From Dipteris shenzhenensis (lineage: Eukaryota): a stretch of DNA of 64,000 nucleotides. Under the pieces are notes generated by a model. The model made no database searches. It had not been told where the DNA came from and worked only from the letters and a program-made list of their open reading frames with translations. This document shows positions 34,189-47,676 of the stretch, in pieces (position 1 is the stretch's first letter; each line of letters opens with the position of its first letter). Where the stretch lies: NCBI GenBank assembly GCA_047967505.1, contig CM106538.1. One strand, written 5' to 3'. Both the position numbers and the translations under genes were made by a program.

Positions 34189-37100
34189 TGATAGCGAAAG
34201 TAAGAGAGGGAGAGAGAGAGGAGTGCACATGATATAGATACTTGTACACTAAGTGTATTGATAATGAACATGAAGATATACATGTGAACCCCTTAGGGTT
34301 AGGGTTTTCCCCTGTGCCCTATGTGGATAGTGCAATTTACACTATCTTTAACACCCCCTCTTAAATTGCATTGGGGGTAAGTAGAGGGTGCATGTACAAG
34401 ACCTATTTGTGGATTTCGTTTGGTGCATATGATAGATAGCATCCAAAACTAGAAAAGAAAACTAAAAGAAATCAGAGTAGTATGTGCGTATGTGAGCACA
34501 CGACTACATTGCGAAAGCATGTACAATGAGTACAACTTATGTGGTCCTATACAAGGTGTGGATTTCCCCCTCTTAAGTTGTGGGCCATCCTTCGCCTTTA
34601 AGAATAAAACCCAAAAGATAGGTCGAAAGGAAGAGGAAGAAAATATGCAGAAGTAAAGTCCACCTGGATCAAAGACTGGTCGATCAAAAGATGACTGCAT
34701 GGAGAACTGTGTGTATGGCTGTGTGCTAAACATGTCAAGGCTGAACATGTTATAAGTCACTATGGACTATGTAGCTGCTCTGAGGAAGAGGCATCCGGAT
34801 GTGAGGCTAGTTGATGTAGCTATGGTGATATGATCCGGTAGGTTGTGACATACGAGGGTGTCACCAACCCAAAAGAAGTGATAGCAATGGTAAAGGTATG
34901 CTACAGTAGAACTGTGATCTTTGTCGAATGATGCAGGGTCAAAGAAGACCGCATAGTCGATGTGGACAGAGTGATCCAAGGGCTAAAAATATGGGGCCGA
35001 AGGTGCAGGTATGATACACTACTCTGTTGAATAAGAGGCCCATAGAACTAACAAGGTATGGAAACCTGTCAAACCTGTATGCTCAATTGTCATGAGTTGA
35101 AGGTTCTCTTGTGTGTGCATAGCTAAACAACCATTGGCACAAGTTGTAGCATTTATCAAAGACTCATCAAGAAGGAGCTAACAGTATAAAGGCCTAGAAG
35201 CCTAAAGTACAACTGTGAATGCATAAGATGTCCCTGAGGCATATGTGGTGCCGAATGCTGATGAATAAGGGACCGATCTGAAGTCGTGGATCCAACCACT
35301 AATCTGCATCATGTAAGACTGTATACGACAGCCATAAGTACATGATGAAACACTGAGTCTCCCCAGGTTGCGCTATGGCTGGTGGACCTAAAGATGTCCA
35401 CTGCATTGGGGTAGGATTGCACTGATGCGTAGGTATCCTCGTGCTGAGGAATGATCTGATGATCGAAAGAGGTGGTGATCACTGGATCCAAGGGTGGTGC
35501 AATGTGGCATGACTGAGCCAATGTTGAGATGTCCTAAAGACTGATGTGCTGATCTGTACTGCTAAAGGGAACTGAGCCCAAGGTATGCTCTATGTAAGAG
35601 GTGAAAGCATTAGTGATGGATGCTGGAATGGTATCACATGAGGAGCTGAGTGCGCTATGGCATGTATCTTTGCATGCGACAAAAGATGTGAGTGCCTCGC
35701 ACTGAGGAGTTACTGGAAGGATGGCCAAAGTTTGATCCAAGGAGGGGGTCCAAAAATGATGATGTGGCTTGTGGAGGTCACATGTAGTAATGCACTGTGT
35801 GCCTATGGAGGGGACTGTGCCTATTGAGCACTGATGCTGAGGTTGCACAGTGAGTTGGCACTGCCTACTGATATGGCACCTATGTGATTGTGCACTGATG
35901 ACTGGGCTACAAGTGAGGTGGCAGCTTTGATGATGTGGCAAGTGGGGGTCCAGTTAGAGTAACAGTGGTTAAGTAACCCGAATAATGTGTGGGGTTTGCC
36001 ACATGGCCAACCCTTGACCACTCTCTAAACCTAGGTCAACTTGACCTATCCATGGGATTAGGCCTATCTACCACATGGCAGATAGATAAGGGAGGTGGTA
36101 TCACTAAGATTCTGACGGAATCGTCTTTGATTCCATTGACGGACCAACGTCTGTCTGTGGGCAGGCTTGAAGCTTGAGCCAGGGAGCATGGAGCTTTTAC
36201 CGATCATGGAGCTGCCATACTATAGGTTGTGGGAGACATTATGAAGAGGAGAGTCTCTTTGCAAGAGAGCTCCTCGTTGGAGCCGTCATGTTGCGTGAGC
36301 GTCATTTGTCTTGGCTGGTCGTGGAGCCGCTGCCCGTGGTAGAGGACTTGAAGGCTCTGGCCATGGATGTGCTCGAGGAGCCATTGAAGCATGTCGTAGC
36401 TTCCATGGAGTCAGTGGAGGAGACTATTTGGCCCATTGAAGGTTCGTTGCATCGTGGGCGCCTAGATCTCTTAGCGTTCCAAGGTTGACTGTGGGCAAAA
36501 GTCATTTGCTGCTGGGTCGCAACCTTTACTAAGACGGGTCATGCTTTTGTTGGAGAAGCTTGCTGTGTGAGGCTCATCGATTTGTGGAGGTCATTGTGCC
36601 ACTAAACTAATGCTTTGGAGGTGGTGCTCGTAGTGTTGTTGGAGCAGCCCAAGTTTGCCTTGCTAGAGTCGAGGGATTGACATGAGGAGTCGGCTACTGG
36701 TTAGCATTGAGTCGCAGAAGGAGCCCATGGTAGGAGCATCACTATTGTAGTAGCCGCTTGCCTAAGGATAGTCGTTGCAGTTTGTTATGGAGTAGAAGGA
36801 GCCGAGAAGCATGTTTGGAGGCATGGAAGGACTCATTGAAGCATGGAGTCTTTGAATTGGAGAAGCTCAAGAATGGAGGTTAGCTGCATTCCCGTGGGCT
36901 TTGAAGCTTAAATAGAGTGGTCGAAGCTCTGCCTTAGCACAAGTCATGGGTGCTCCTTCCCTTCTTTCATCTTCATCTCAGAATTCCACTCTAATGTACT
37001 ACAGCCAGCTCAGGCCAATTGCCCTAGAGAAACAACAAACCTTAATCTTTCTCCCAAGAGAACCTTAGCAATCTCTCTAAAATGAACAAAATCATGAAGT

Positions 37101-37537
37101 GAACCACATATCACTCAAGATGAGATATCTCAAGCCCCAAGAAGCGGATTCTTGAGCTTTCTAAAGCAAATCGAAGGGGCAAGAGGAGCTCTACAAGCTA
37201 AACACTACAAGAGAAGAAGATGCCTCAAATGGAGGGCTTGTCGCCTTGATGGAAGCAAGGGCTTGACTCTCTCCGACGAAAATCTCTCTCAATGGAAGAT
37301 GTCACACATCAAAAGGAGGGCTTGACACTCATGAAGGGAGTGGGAACACCACCAGCTCTGATACCATGATAGCGGAAGTGAGAGAGGGAGCGAGAGAGGA
37401 GTGCACACGATATAGCTACCTGTACACTAAGTGTATTAACAATGAACATGAAGATATACATGTGAACCCCTTAGGGTTAGGGTTAGGGTTTACCCCTATG
37501 CCCTATGTGGATATTGCAATTTACACTATCATTAACA
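34189..37537 (-). mobile_element. Complete non-autonomous LTR retroelement with very short LTRs (TRIM/LARD-like)
   Basis: LTRs at 34189-34353 (165 bp) and 37367-37537 (171 bp), both TG...CA. TSD ATAAT at 34184-34188 and 37538-37542. tRNA-iMet PBS (gctctgatacca, 37355-37366) and a PPT (ccccctctt next to 34354). No recognisable gag/pol in the 3-kb interior. Confidence 0.93.
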
Positions 37538-38889
37538 ATAATTATGTAAAACAAGGAAAATCCATTTTTCTAGTAGCAATAGAAGGATCCGCCACATTGA
37601 GGCTTAGTGTATTAGCAACTACTATCCATCATCAATTTGCTTTACCAAAGGGGCCCAATATATTTTGAGCAATAACAGTAGCAAGCGAGTGATACCTAGA
37701 ATTACAAACACAAAAATAATCACAATTGATGAAACCTCAATCATGACATGCAAATATTGAACACAAGCATCAGAAAATTATGCAAAACTTACAAAAATAA
37801 TTTTACAACCATTTTTAGAACAAAAGATGATCTTGTTTGGAAATATGTCACAATTGATCCCAGTCTACAAATGCAATGTGCAAGAGAAAGAATTGTATAA
37901 AAAATGCCACATTAGTAACTCAAGTTTCTAAACAAACTGCTACCTTCTCATTCATCGACACATCCGTTCATCACCTAGATGATCCTACGGCCATGGCAGG
38001 GACCTTGAAAGGCATGAAGTTTGATCATTTATAGACAAATAGGGCCAACAAGAAAGGATGACTTTGTATTCACATTGAGTATCTCTATTGTGGATTGAAA
38101 CTCTAATAGTATCTTGAATCTTATAAATCTAGATAATAGAGACTCAAGTGTTTCATTCATTCATTACAAGAGTTTGTCAAGAGAAATGCTGACAGCTGCT
38201 ATTGAACTTTCAGATATTGATTCCACAATACACAGCATCTCGGCTTAGAAAAGTTGATTCATCACACCGATTGCTTGCATCGAAAGGGATGATTGAGTAG
38301 TAAGTACATACCTTAGAAGTTGGAATGTGAAGCTATAATGATGTGTTTTGGCCGTGATAGATGTGGAAGGCTAAAGCTATGCATATGGACTCTGAAGTTT
38401 GGACTCTACACTGTTCAGTTTGACATTAACCTGAAGGCTCGAGTTCACCTCCACAAAGTTCAAGATTCTCAAAGAGGATGGCAGGGAGGTCACAAGAACT
38501 TTGAGAAGATGACTCACTGTTAGAAGTCAAATATTATCCCTACTAACTAGACCCTAAGAGCAATCGTGTCGGGTGATCTTAGCTTCAATGCACATCCACG
38601 ATCCACATTGCACAACAAAAGTTGCAGCAAATTGTAATAGGTTTTATATAGCCTTAACATTAATATTTTTTAATCATTAATTTATGAAGCCATAACCCAA
38701 TACTCTCCGTTATTTTAAAGATATTTCTATAAACTTGTTGGTATTTTAAAGTCTAACCTTTCAATAAACCTTAAAATCAAGCTTGCACAAACATTTAACC
38801 CTCAATAATTACCTTTCTCTCACAACTTCTATCAATTTTTATAGACTTTAACAGGTGCAAAATACAATAAGTTAATTTTTTTCAAGCAC

Positions 38890-39990
38890 TGAATCACGCT
38901 CCATAAATCTTCCTAAAATGGGAGCTAGAAATGGACATACCAAAAGAGGTAGATTCCCTCCTAAGAGAGCAATCTTGTGTCGCCCCAGAGATACAAAGGA
39001 AATTGAGGCGCCAGAATACATCTTCTTCTGTGATTATGAAGCTGCTGTCTAGAAATGTTTTGGTGTAAACAACCTTCACCATTGGCTAAGTGAGGACAAA
39101 ATTGCGAGCATCCTATTACTGCATCTAACTTTGGCTGAATTCTTGATGTTAGTGGTGAGCTTCTCTAGCCTAGTGAGCAAGGTAATTTTTTTGCTAGTAA
39201 CCTTTTTTTTTTTTTCCACAAAATTTGGTCATAGAAAGCTCCTTTTTGTGTGAACTCCCTTTGAAAAACTTGGCAAAAATTTTGTTCGAGCTGGTCCCCA
39301 TAGACCGATACTCTCCAACTCTTCTGACTATCTTCACTAGATAACCAGTCCCCATGCAACCCATTGAGAACCAGATGTGAGATTTCTAGAGCCACTGCAC
39401 CGAAGATCAACAACGACTCTCTAAGGGTGGCCAAGATTAGCCTCTAGCTACTAAATCTATCTTCCTTGACCTATCAATTTGCTTGCCACCTATGAATTGT
39501 GCAACCTTCTCACATACTCCATCATCCTCCGCCTATGACTTTTCTTGCCATTCATGATTCGTGTATCCTGCAAGGTTGTTCAACCCCTCCATAGGGCCTA
39601 CAAATACACTATTGCAACTGAATTCGATGCATGTTGATTATCATTCGAGGTCCCTAGATATTTGTTGCATGGGGACTAGCTCTTCTTAGGCTACATTCAC
39701 ACCACTCACAAAAAGGTAGTGTAAAGGGCTACCATCCTAGTTGGTCCAATAGGAGAGATGGGCCCAAACATTGATACAAAAGATTTGTGTCCATCCCATG
39801 AAGGCTGTCCACTCCTCCATGGCTAGCTGCTCTAACTACTACATGATTGGCTCATCCATCTCCTCCACCTGCCACACTAATCACACATTGGTGATGTAAT
39901 GTAGTAGCCTGATGATTGTCGGGTGGTGTGAATGACCACACCTGGCAGCCATCCTCCAATTCTATTTCCTCCTCTAGGGCCGGGCAGGTG
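38890..39990 (-). mobile_element. Probable 5' remnant of a LINE related to the 15.2-18.9 kb element
   Basis: 39795-39900 resembles 18760-18865 (ccatgaagg.tg.ccactcc...ccatctcctcca...aatcaca..ttggtga). Confidence 0.4.
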
Positions 39991-41316
39991 GTGTGAACTA
40001 GTATTGATAGAAAAACCTACAAACTATATACAAACCTAGAACATTTTTATTTTTACCTACAAAAACTATTTTCTCAATTTTATAAAGTCTACAAAGTTTC
40101 GGGCAATTCAATTATGCTCTGGCTTTAAAATCTATTTTGATGAGAGAAATGTTTTCTGTGAACATTGATGTGAACCCAAGTACTCCCTAAATTAAATGTT
40201 TAGGGTTAGAGTTTCCCTAAGAGGTGAAAGACATAAATACGAGCATTTCTTCTTTTGGATTTGCTATGTGAATAGTTTGTTTGTCTTGTTGGAGGCCTGC
40301 TAGTATCTGGTGCAAGGAGCATCTTGTATGCTTTTGAATTGGCATCTCAATTGCAATCCATAGCCTCTCTTGCAGGTATTGTGACATATAGGTCTGAGTT
40401 TTTCTTCTCTTTCCCGTTACTTTTTCCCTGCTCACATTCCTCTCCCCAATCGATGTATTCAAGAGTCATTTTCTTAGTTCCTTGCTGATTTTCCTAGAAG
40501 ATGATGTGATATATGTCACCCCAGTCCTACTTGGTTGTGATAACCACAATTGCCATTAACTTGATAAGATCAATTGTGATCTACCTCATGCATAGGTATC
40601 CTTAGAAAATGTCATCTTTAAAAGCATATTGAGAAGAACAAGTGCTTCCCTGAAACAAATGTGTAGCATCAACCTGAAGCATAATCTACTACCCCAAAGT
40701 GTGCACCTATGCTACCTCAAACTTAAGAACTAAAGCAAATGAACATATTTGCAAAAAACTAGCAAATAAATGAGAGACCTAGCTAGCTGCACATGCTACA
40801 ATTGACACGGATGAAATATCATGAAAAACTAAGCTTTAAGGCTAGTGCTTTAAGGCTATCTTTGACACAAAATGGCTCTATAGAGACCCCAACAATAGGT
40901 CGCACCAAAAGCGAGCTCCCAAAGAAAGTTGAGGATGTTTGTTAGACAATGTGTAGCAATCAAAGGTGAAAATGAAAAACCTTGGAATGCTCACACTAAT
41001 AGGGCAAGTAGGACTAGAAGATAGTCATGTTGTCTTCTAAGCAAAATGGACACACTGGAATAGACAGACAACCAAGGCCTAGAATGGTCTAGGAGCAAAA
41101 GTGTTGAGTGCAAGCTAAAGCATAGGAAGGCTATTGGAGAAGGAGACAAAGGAAAGGTAGGAATATGGCAAGGGAATAGGACCTCTTGTCAAACAACTTG
41201 TCAATTTATCATCTTTCTTTCTCTATTTTTCATCTAAAATTCTCTTGGCTAACTTGGCCACCCTAATGATCATTTTTGACAAACTTAGAGGGAATTCGAC
41301 TGCAATATAGAAGACA

Positions 41317-41502
41317 AGTTCATCGAGATGGCATTCTATTTGAAGACACCAAAACCTACCATGGCATGAATTTGGCCATTTAGAGGGCGTCCAAATGGCT
41401 AAATTTGTGCCATGGCAAGTTTTGGACACCCTCTAAATGGCCAAATTTGTGCCATGGAATACTTTGGTGTCTTCAAATAGAAGTTTCCATCCTTATGAAC
41501 TT
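41317..41502. repeat. Long imperfect inverted repeat (foldback/MITE-like), arms about 80 bp
   Basis: ttctatttgaagacaccaaa...ccatggca..aatttggccatttagaggg.gtccaaa pairs with tttggacaccctctaaatggccaaatttgtgccatgg...tttggtgtcttcaaatagaa. Confidence 0.9.
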
Positions 41503-41996
41503 TATCCTTTGCACTATGGTTAGATTTCTTCATCTACCCCTATAAAGTCTACATTTCTTCATGGAAAATCATGAAATGCATCAAATTCACATAGATAGAC
41601 ATAGAAAAAGAAATATTTACAAGGTAATATAGCAAAAAATTCAAGATAATTTCTATTAAATAAAGATGCTGTCATGGGCACGATATATGAAAAATGACGT
41701 ATTTTTTATCTTAAAAATCATCATCATCTTTAATGCTTGAATTTGTGGGAGAGACATTATAGTTTTGAATAAATCAGAATTTATTCGTACACCATGAGAT
41801 TTATGTCATGGCTAGAAGAAATATAGTAATGTGCAAATGCTTGATATTTTGAAGCATTTTAATTTTACCTTGAACCCTATAGTCATAACTTATGAAACCC
41901 TAGCCATTGCTAGAATAGGTATCTGCAATAATTATTAGTACAATGTGTTGGCATGAGGATTTGATGAATGACCTTGGTATTTAATGATCCCAAGAA

Positions 41997-42130
41997 CTTA
42001 TGATTATTAGTCACACAAAGAAAATCTAATGGATGTCATATGTGACTAAAGCAAGCACAAATCTATGATTATTAGTCACACAAAGAAAATCCAATGGATG
42101 TTGTATGTGACTAAATCTAGCACAAACCTA
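41997..42130. repeat. Tandem duplication of about 66 bp
   Basis: tatgattattagtcacacaaagaaaatc.aatggatg occurs twice. Confidence 0.85.
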
Positions 42131-42449
42131 TGAAGGCCTACTATACAAAATTCTTGAGCCAAGAAAGAACCTATAAAGAGTAGAATTTATACTATTAGAC
42201 CCTTAATGGAGCTCTATTATGCTCATAGAGAGAGCTATAAATCTTAGAATAGCTACTAAGCCAAGATTTAACTAAGCACTAGTAAGGGATAGCCACATTA
42301 GCCTCCAAGGAAACATGAAAGTAAAAATAAACTCTCTAATCATCACTAAGTATATAAATCACACACTATGGTGTGGTATGGTCATTACACCCATGCTTTG
42401 ATATTAAGCTCATGTGAGAGCCATACAGCTCAGATTAGAGTTAAGCCTA

Positions 42450-43790
42450 AGTCTAGCTAATGCTAGAAGAGGAATACAAGAAGCATTATGCCGTAAGGAA
42501 ATGACAAGCCAATTATGTGAGTTTATAAAAGGCTCTTTTAGAGTCAAATCTGACCTTTTAAGGATTACTCTGGAAAAGGGAGGATTCTTCTCACAATAAC
42601 CATACCTCGATAGCAAGGTGCTAGGAATGATATGACTATGTTTGGTAGTGTTAATGGATTTCAATGTTCTTGAATAGAAGACAACAAAGGACTTGATGAC
42701 CACACTAGATACATTGTATGAAAAAACATCAGCTTCTAAACAAGGTATTTCTTATGAAGCATCTCATCAATCTAAAGATGTCATAAGGTGGGTCTGTAGT
42801 TAATCATTTGAATCAGTTCAATACAAATACAAGCCAACTAAGGTCTATAGGAGTAAACTTTGATGATGAGGTTCAAGCTCTCCTCATTTTATGCTCATTG
42901 CCAAAAAGTTGGGATGGCTTGATCATGGTTGTAACTTTGCTCCTAGGTCAGACACTTTAAAGTTTGATGATGTTGTAGGTGTTCTCCTTAGCAAGGAAAT
43001 GTGACAAAAAGAATAGGTGAAACATCAGGTAATTCTTTGACTCTTGAGAATAGGTAAAGACAAAGGGAGAGAGGAAAGAGCCCACGAGATCGCAACAAGT
43101 CAAGAAGAAGTAGATCCAAATCCAAAGGGAACTTGGAGTGCTGGCATTGTGGGAAGAAAGGACATATGTTAGTTGCAAAGAAAAAGGAAGACGGATAACA
43201 AGAGAATATGAAAGAAGAAAATGTAGCAAGTACTGTGTTACAAGATGCCTTAATTTTTTCATTGGACAATATCATTGATGCATGGGTTGTGGACTCAAGG
43301 GCTTCATTTCATGCTACACCTCATAGGAAATATTTTCAAGACTATGTTCAAGGTGATTTTGGAGAAGTTTATTTAGGTAATAATGAAGCATTGAAGGTTA
43401 TTGGAAAGGGCAAGGTGCTGTGATAAAATTGCAAAATGGAAACCGATGGTTGTTGAAAGAGGTAAGGCATGTTCTTGATTTAGGAAGACACTTAATTTCA
43501 GTAGGACAATTGGATGATTAAGGCTACACAACCACAAATTTTGTACGAGATTTGTGGAAGGTCACTAAAGGGTCAATGGTAAAGCAAAAGGACCCAAGGT
43601 ACGTATGTTGTATGTATGTACCAATAATGCTTATTGTTCTATTGCTTTAGCTTCTATAGGAGTAGATACAACTCTATGGCATCATAGGCTTGGACACATG
43701 AGTGAGAAGGGGATTTAGATTCTTCACTCAAGAAAGCTATTGCTAGGTTTGAAGCAGGTTGATTTGGACTTTTGTGAGAACTGTGTTTAT
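42450..43790 (+). mobile_element. Tnt1-like Copia relic (gag, zinc knuckle, protease, GAG-pre-integrase)
   Basis: ALLILCSLPKSWD, CWHCGKKGH, WVVDSRASFHATPHR, VYLGNN...VIGKG and LWHHRLGHMSEKG, with stops and frameshifts. Confidence 0.88.
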
Positions 43791-44759
43791 GGCTTTGCAT
43801 CCCATCCTCTCTTTCTTTTGTCTCACCTTGAGGATAATGTAAGTTGAGACTGACATTCATGCACCTCCCATCAATTAACTTGAGGGGATCAATGTCCTTT
43901 TTACATTCCCTCAAAACATAATACAGTTGATAGGTATAGCAGAGGAGGACTTTATATTGAGTCACCTTATGTATTTCCTGCTAGGTAGAGATCAACATCT
44001 CCAAGATTGGTTGTACACCAACATGGTAGCATTGGGTGTCATTGTCATAGTTTTTATGTTGTTATTCTTGGTTATTTCTCATTTGGGTTACAAACCATTG
44101 AGCAAGCACAGAGAGTACTCATGAGCTTACCGCAATAGTATCAAAGGATAGAAACATTCATATGTGGCCTTAGATGAAACACTTTGTTACCTCCGCACGT
44201 AACCCAAGGTAGATTACTTTTTGATGCTCTTCCTTGGATTACTAAATGATATCCGTTTGTGTTGCAGGTGGTGGAGCATATAGACAACATTGCAGGCATA
44301 GTTATTCCTACAATGGCAAGTGTGTGAGGCTGCCCAGCCACTACTTACTAGTATAGCTATCACTAGGGTTAGGCTTACTTCACTTGACGATTGCCACAAT
44401 CTCTTCCCATTGTGATTACTTATTTCCTAGGTGATGGATTCTAGGTTCAACACAAGGTCACATACAATGAGTGGTTTCCAAATCAATGTCCCTTTTTGCT
44501 ATAGAAGAGGGCATTTTATTAAGGATTACCCAATTAGATGCCTTGTGCTAGACATGCAACATGTGCACTCTTGCTCCCCAATCTTCTCAACCTCTAGCCG
44601 CTCTTGATCCTTTAGCTACTCGCCTGCCATGTCAGTAGTCCAATCACAGGTGCCATGTCAGCACAGTCTGCCACCACATCATTCGCCACATCACCGGGTT
44701 CATGTCATCTACCATGATGGGTGAAACCCAATCAGTGTGCTCTATCTCATAGATGAATC

Positions 44760-46760
44760 CGACATCTAGGAGTTACCATGGTGCCATACTTAGGATTTGT
44801 GCGATAAGGTCCACATACCTTAGGGTGAGCACCTTCCCTTATAGGTATCATGTGTACAGCCACGTCTGGTGAAATTCCTTTCATCTCTTTGTATGACCAT
44901 GCTAGGTAGTCACAGTATTCCATTAGAAGTGCTTTGATTTTGGTTTCATCTTCTTGTCAAAGCTGTTTCCCAATGAAAACCAATTTTTCTTCCTTCCCTT
45001 CAAGGGCAAGGTTTATTGTGCATGTTTTTGCCGGTCCCTCATAGATTGGAGTTTCTCCAATGCTATCGGTTTCTTGAACTTCAGATTCTCTTAGTGGTCT
45101 TGGCATTGCTATTGGGACACTGCCACTTGTGAAATTCTCAGGAATACAAATCCACGACCATATCCAAGAGCTCCAAATCCAGCTCCTCCGGCAATTCCAA
45201 TACAACGACTTCAAGCCGAGGAAGTGGATTTGCCATTCGAGTATGAAGCTGAGTGCCCAGTGTACTATGTGGAAGGCACAGAAGGTTTAATACCAGTCTA
45301 TGTGAATCAAGTTTGACCCAACACATATCGAGCACCAATCAAGCGCTACCGTTGTGGAGAGAATCACCAGATCGCAGAGTGCTAGTAGCCCCGCTACTTT
45401 CCAACCACTCTGCAGAGATTGTGGCATTGGCCATGCCTGTATGGATTGTCCCATGAAAAATAACATCCCACAACAAACTGAGGCTAAGCCTGATGTCCCA
45501 ATCAGCATTATTAGGGTGGACCATCAAAGTCTAGGGCCGACAAGCATAATATCACAACCTATGAATGTAATTACACGCTAGCAAAAAGAGGCCACCAAGG
45601 ACCCTAATATTCCAATTCAATCAAGGAGACCTCTTCCAAAGAAAGCGACAATGAGTAGCCAAGCTCATCCACATCAGCTCCCGAGCCTCAAATAAAAGAA
45701 GCTCCATACCCTAATGCGAAAGTGGAGAAGGCTCAATTTCAGGCACTTCAGCAATGGGTACAAAAGGAACAAGCTCAATTTGAGGCTGAGAAGCAAGCAC
45801 AAGATCCAATCCCTGACTTGACCCCACCGAGTATTGATACTGTACTCGAGCCTCTGTTCCAACAACAAAATCCACAATATAATGTACTACCACTCCAACT
45901 GAAGGAGCTGCACTCTCTAGCATTCTAAGTTGCCCTATGTCAATTCCCATTGGAATCCTATTACGAAATTGTCCCAACCTCTTGGAGAGTTTCAAAGGCT
46001 GGATTAAACTAGCAAATCCCCCTCCACCTATGGAAGACATAGAAGATATCCTTGTGCGGATGGGTGAGAGAGATGACATATGCAACATCATTGTGCCTTT
46101 GATCCATGAGATCAATGGCAACTTGGAACACATCAATTTCATAAATAGACAATATTTGCAATTCCATCAGCCGTGATTCCACATCTCATGGGAACTAATC
46201 TTTGATCTCCAAGTCTTTTGGTCAATAGCTACTTGGGACGTTGCTTGGATTGGTGGATATTTAAACTTTAGTGTCCCCCATCCTTATGGTTATTATGTTA
46301 GATTTCTAATCATGCATGACTTTGGTGATTTTAAGCCATGGTCATCCCAAGAAAATAGGATAGGAATTTTCTTCCATAGACATAACCAATAGACTAATGG
46401 TATAATGAAATCCATCAATAGTAATTACAACATCTTGAAGCATACCTTTGAATTTAGTCGGGCATTGATCTACCATGCAGATCCAAAATGGGGAAGGTAC
46501 TAAATGCTTAACCTTAAGCTGCTGAGCAATGGCCTCAAAATTAAAACTAACTCTAGACGCTACCGTTGTACAAGAGTAGACACTTCCCTTGTTGCAATGA
46601 CAAGTGGTAAGACCCTCTTATCCGTGATGAAGATTGAACGTCCCAAGAAGATACACAAAGAAGGAAAGCTTTACTTCATCGACACCAAGTGCAATGCAAT
46701 GGACAAGCAAGTTTATGAGTCTGATATAATGGTGGCTTGGAAACGATGCTAGAAAAAGAT
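44760..46760. mobile_element. Gypsy-type retrotransposon fragments in both orientations
   Basis: The minus strand at 44760-45100 reads TINLALEGKEEKLVFIGKQL...EYCDYLAWSYKEMKGISPDVAVHMIPIREGAHP (pre-RT region). The + strand segments are gag- and integrase-like but heavily decayed. Confidence 0.6.
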
Positions 46761-47676
46761 TGCCAGCAAGGGAGGGAATTTACCCCACATCTTCAAGGTC
46801 AATAAAGAGGAATAACTTGAGCCCTTATATCAACTATCTTTAGTAAATGATTAATTATCTTGATTCAACAAATTTCTTCCATTGTTTTGTTTGTGTGACT
46901 TGTACCCCCCATGCTTCTATATGCTTGTGTGGTAACTTTGGAGTTTCTAAAATGTATATATTTCCCCACAAAGCTTGAGCATTGTACTATTAGCATACAA
47001 AAGGAAAATAAAAATTATGAATTCTCAAGGAAGGTGTGGTTTTTTAAAAAACTATCATCAAATGGTCACTTTTGTGATCAGCTACACCACCAAACTAGTG
47101 TTAACAATTCAAAATAATAGCATGATCTATGCCTAGTTGTTAGAAAATAGTAGAAAATATGTTTTGGAAATGTAAACAATTTAAAAGATGGCAAAAATTG
47201 GAAGCATGATCTCCAAGTTGGAGCTGCATCTAGTTCTCCTGAATTTTATGCAGACCTTCCAATGACACTTTGTTTGTGCACCTTCATGGTGACACGATAC
47301 ACTTTTGCGACCTTTAACCTTGTGCTCTACTTGTAACATCTGAACTTTATTGCCAACACTACATCAGCATGCACAACAGTAGGTAGTGCATCATAATAAT
47401 TGCTTTTTCCCAGAGGGACTTTTCATAATATATTCCAAACACCATTTCATCTCTGATGTTAAACCGATTTTCCCCACTGATCCTTCACTTTGCTCTAAGA
47501 GTACTGCAAAATGGTCACCCATCTCACACATGTTATCTAGCTAGACCTTTATCCTAATCTAGGATTATGTTATTATCCTAATCTAGGTCTGTTGCATTTT
47601 GTCCCATTAAATATATTATCCTAGTCTAGGTCTATTGCAGTTTTTCCATTGATGGGCTCTAGCCTGTGCAAGGTCT

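Noticed and set aside
34449-36505. Protein-coding genes inside the mini-LTR element
   Set aside because: The ORFs are short and overlapping on both strands, with no recognisable domain or splice structure.
37355-37366. tRNA gene (also 48035-48046)
   Set aside because: These are 12-nt primer-binding sites complementary to the tRNA-iMet 3' end, with no cloverleaf.
37471-37490. Interstitial telomere or chromosome fusion site
   Set aside because: There are only 2-3 TTAGGG units and they are part of both LTRs of a retroelement.
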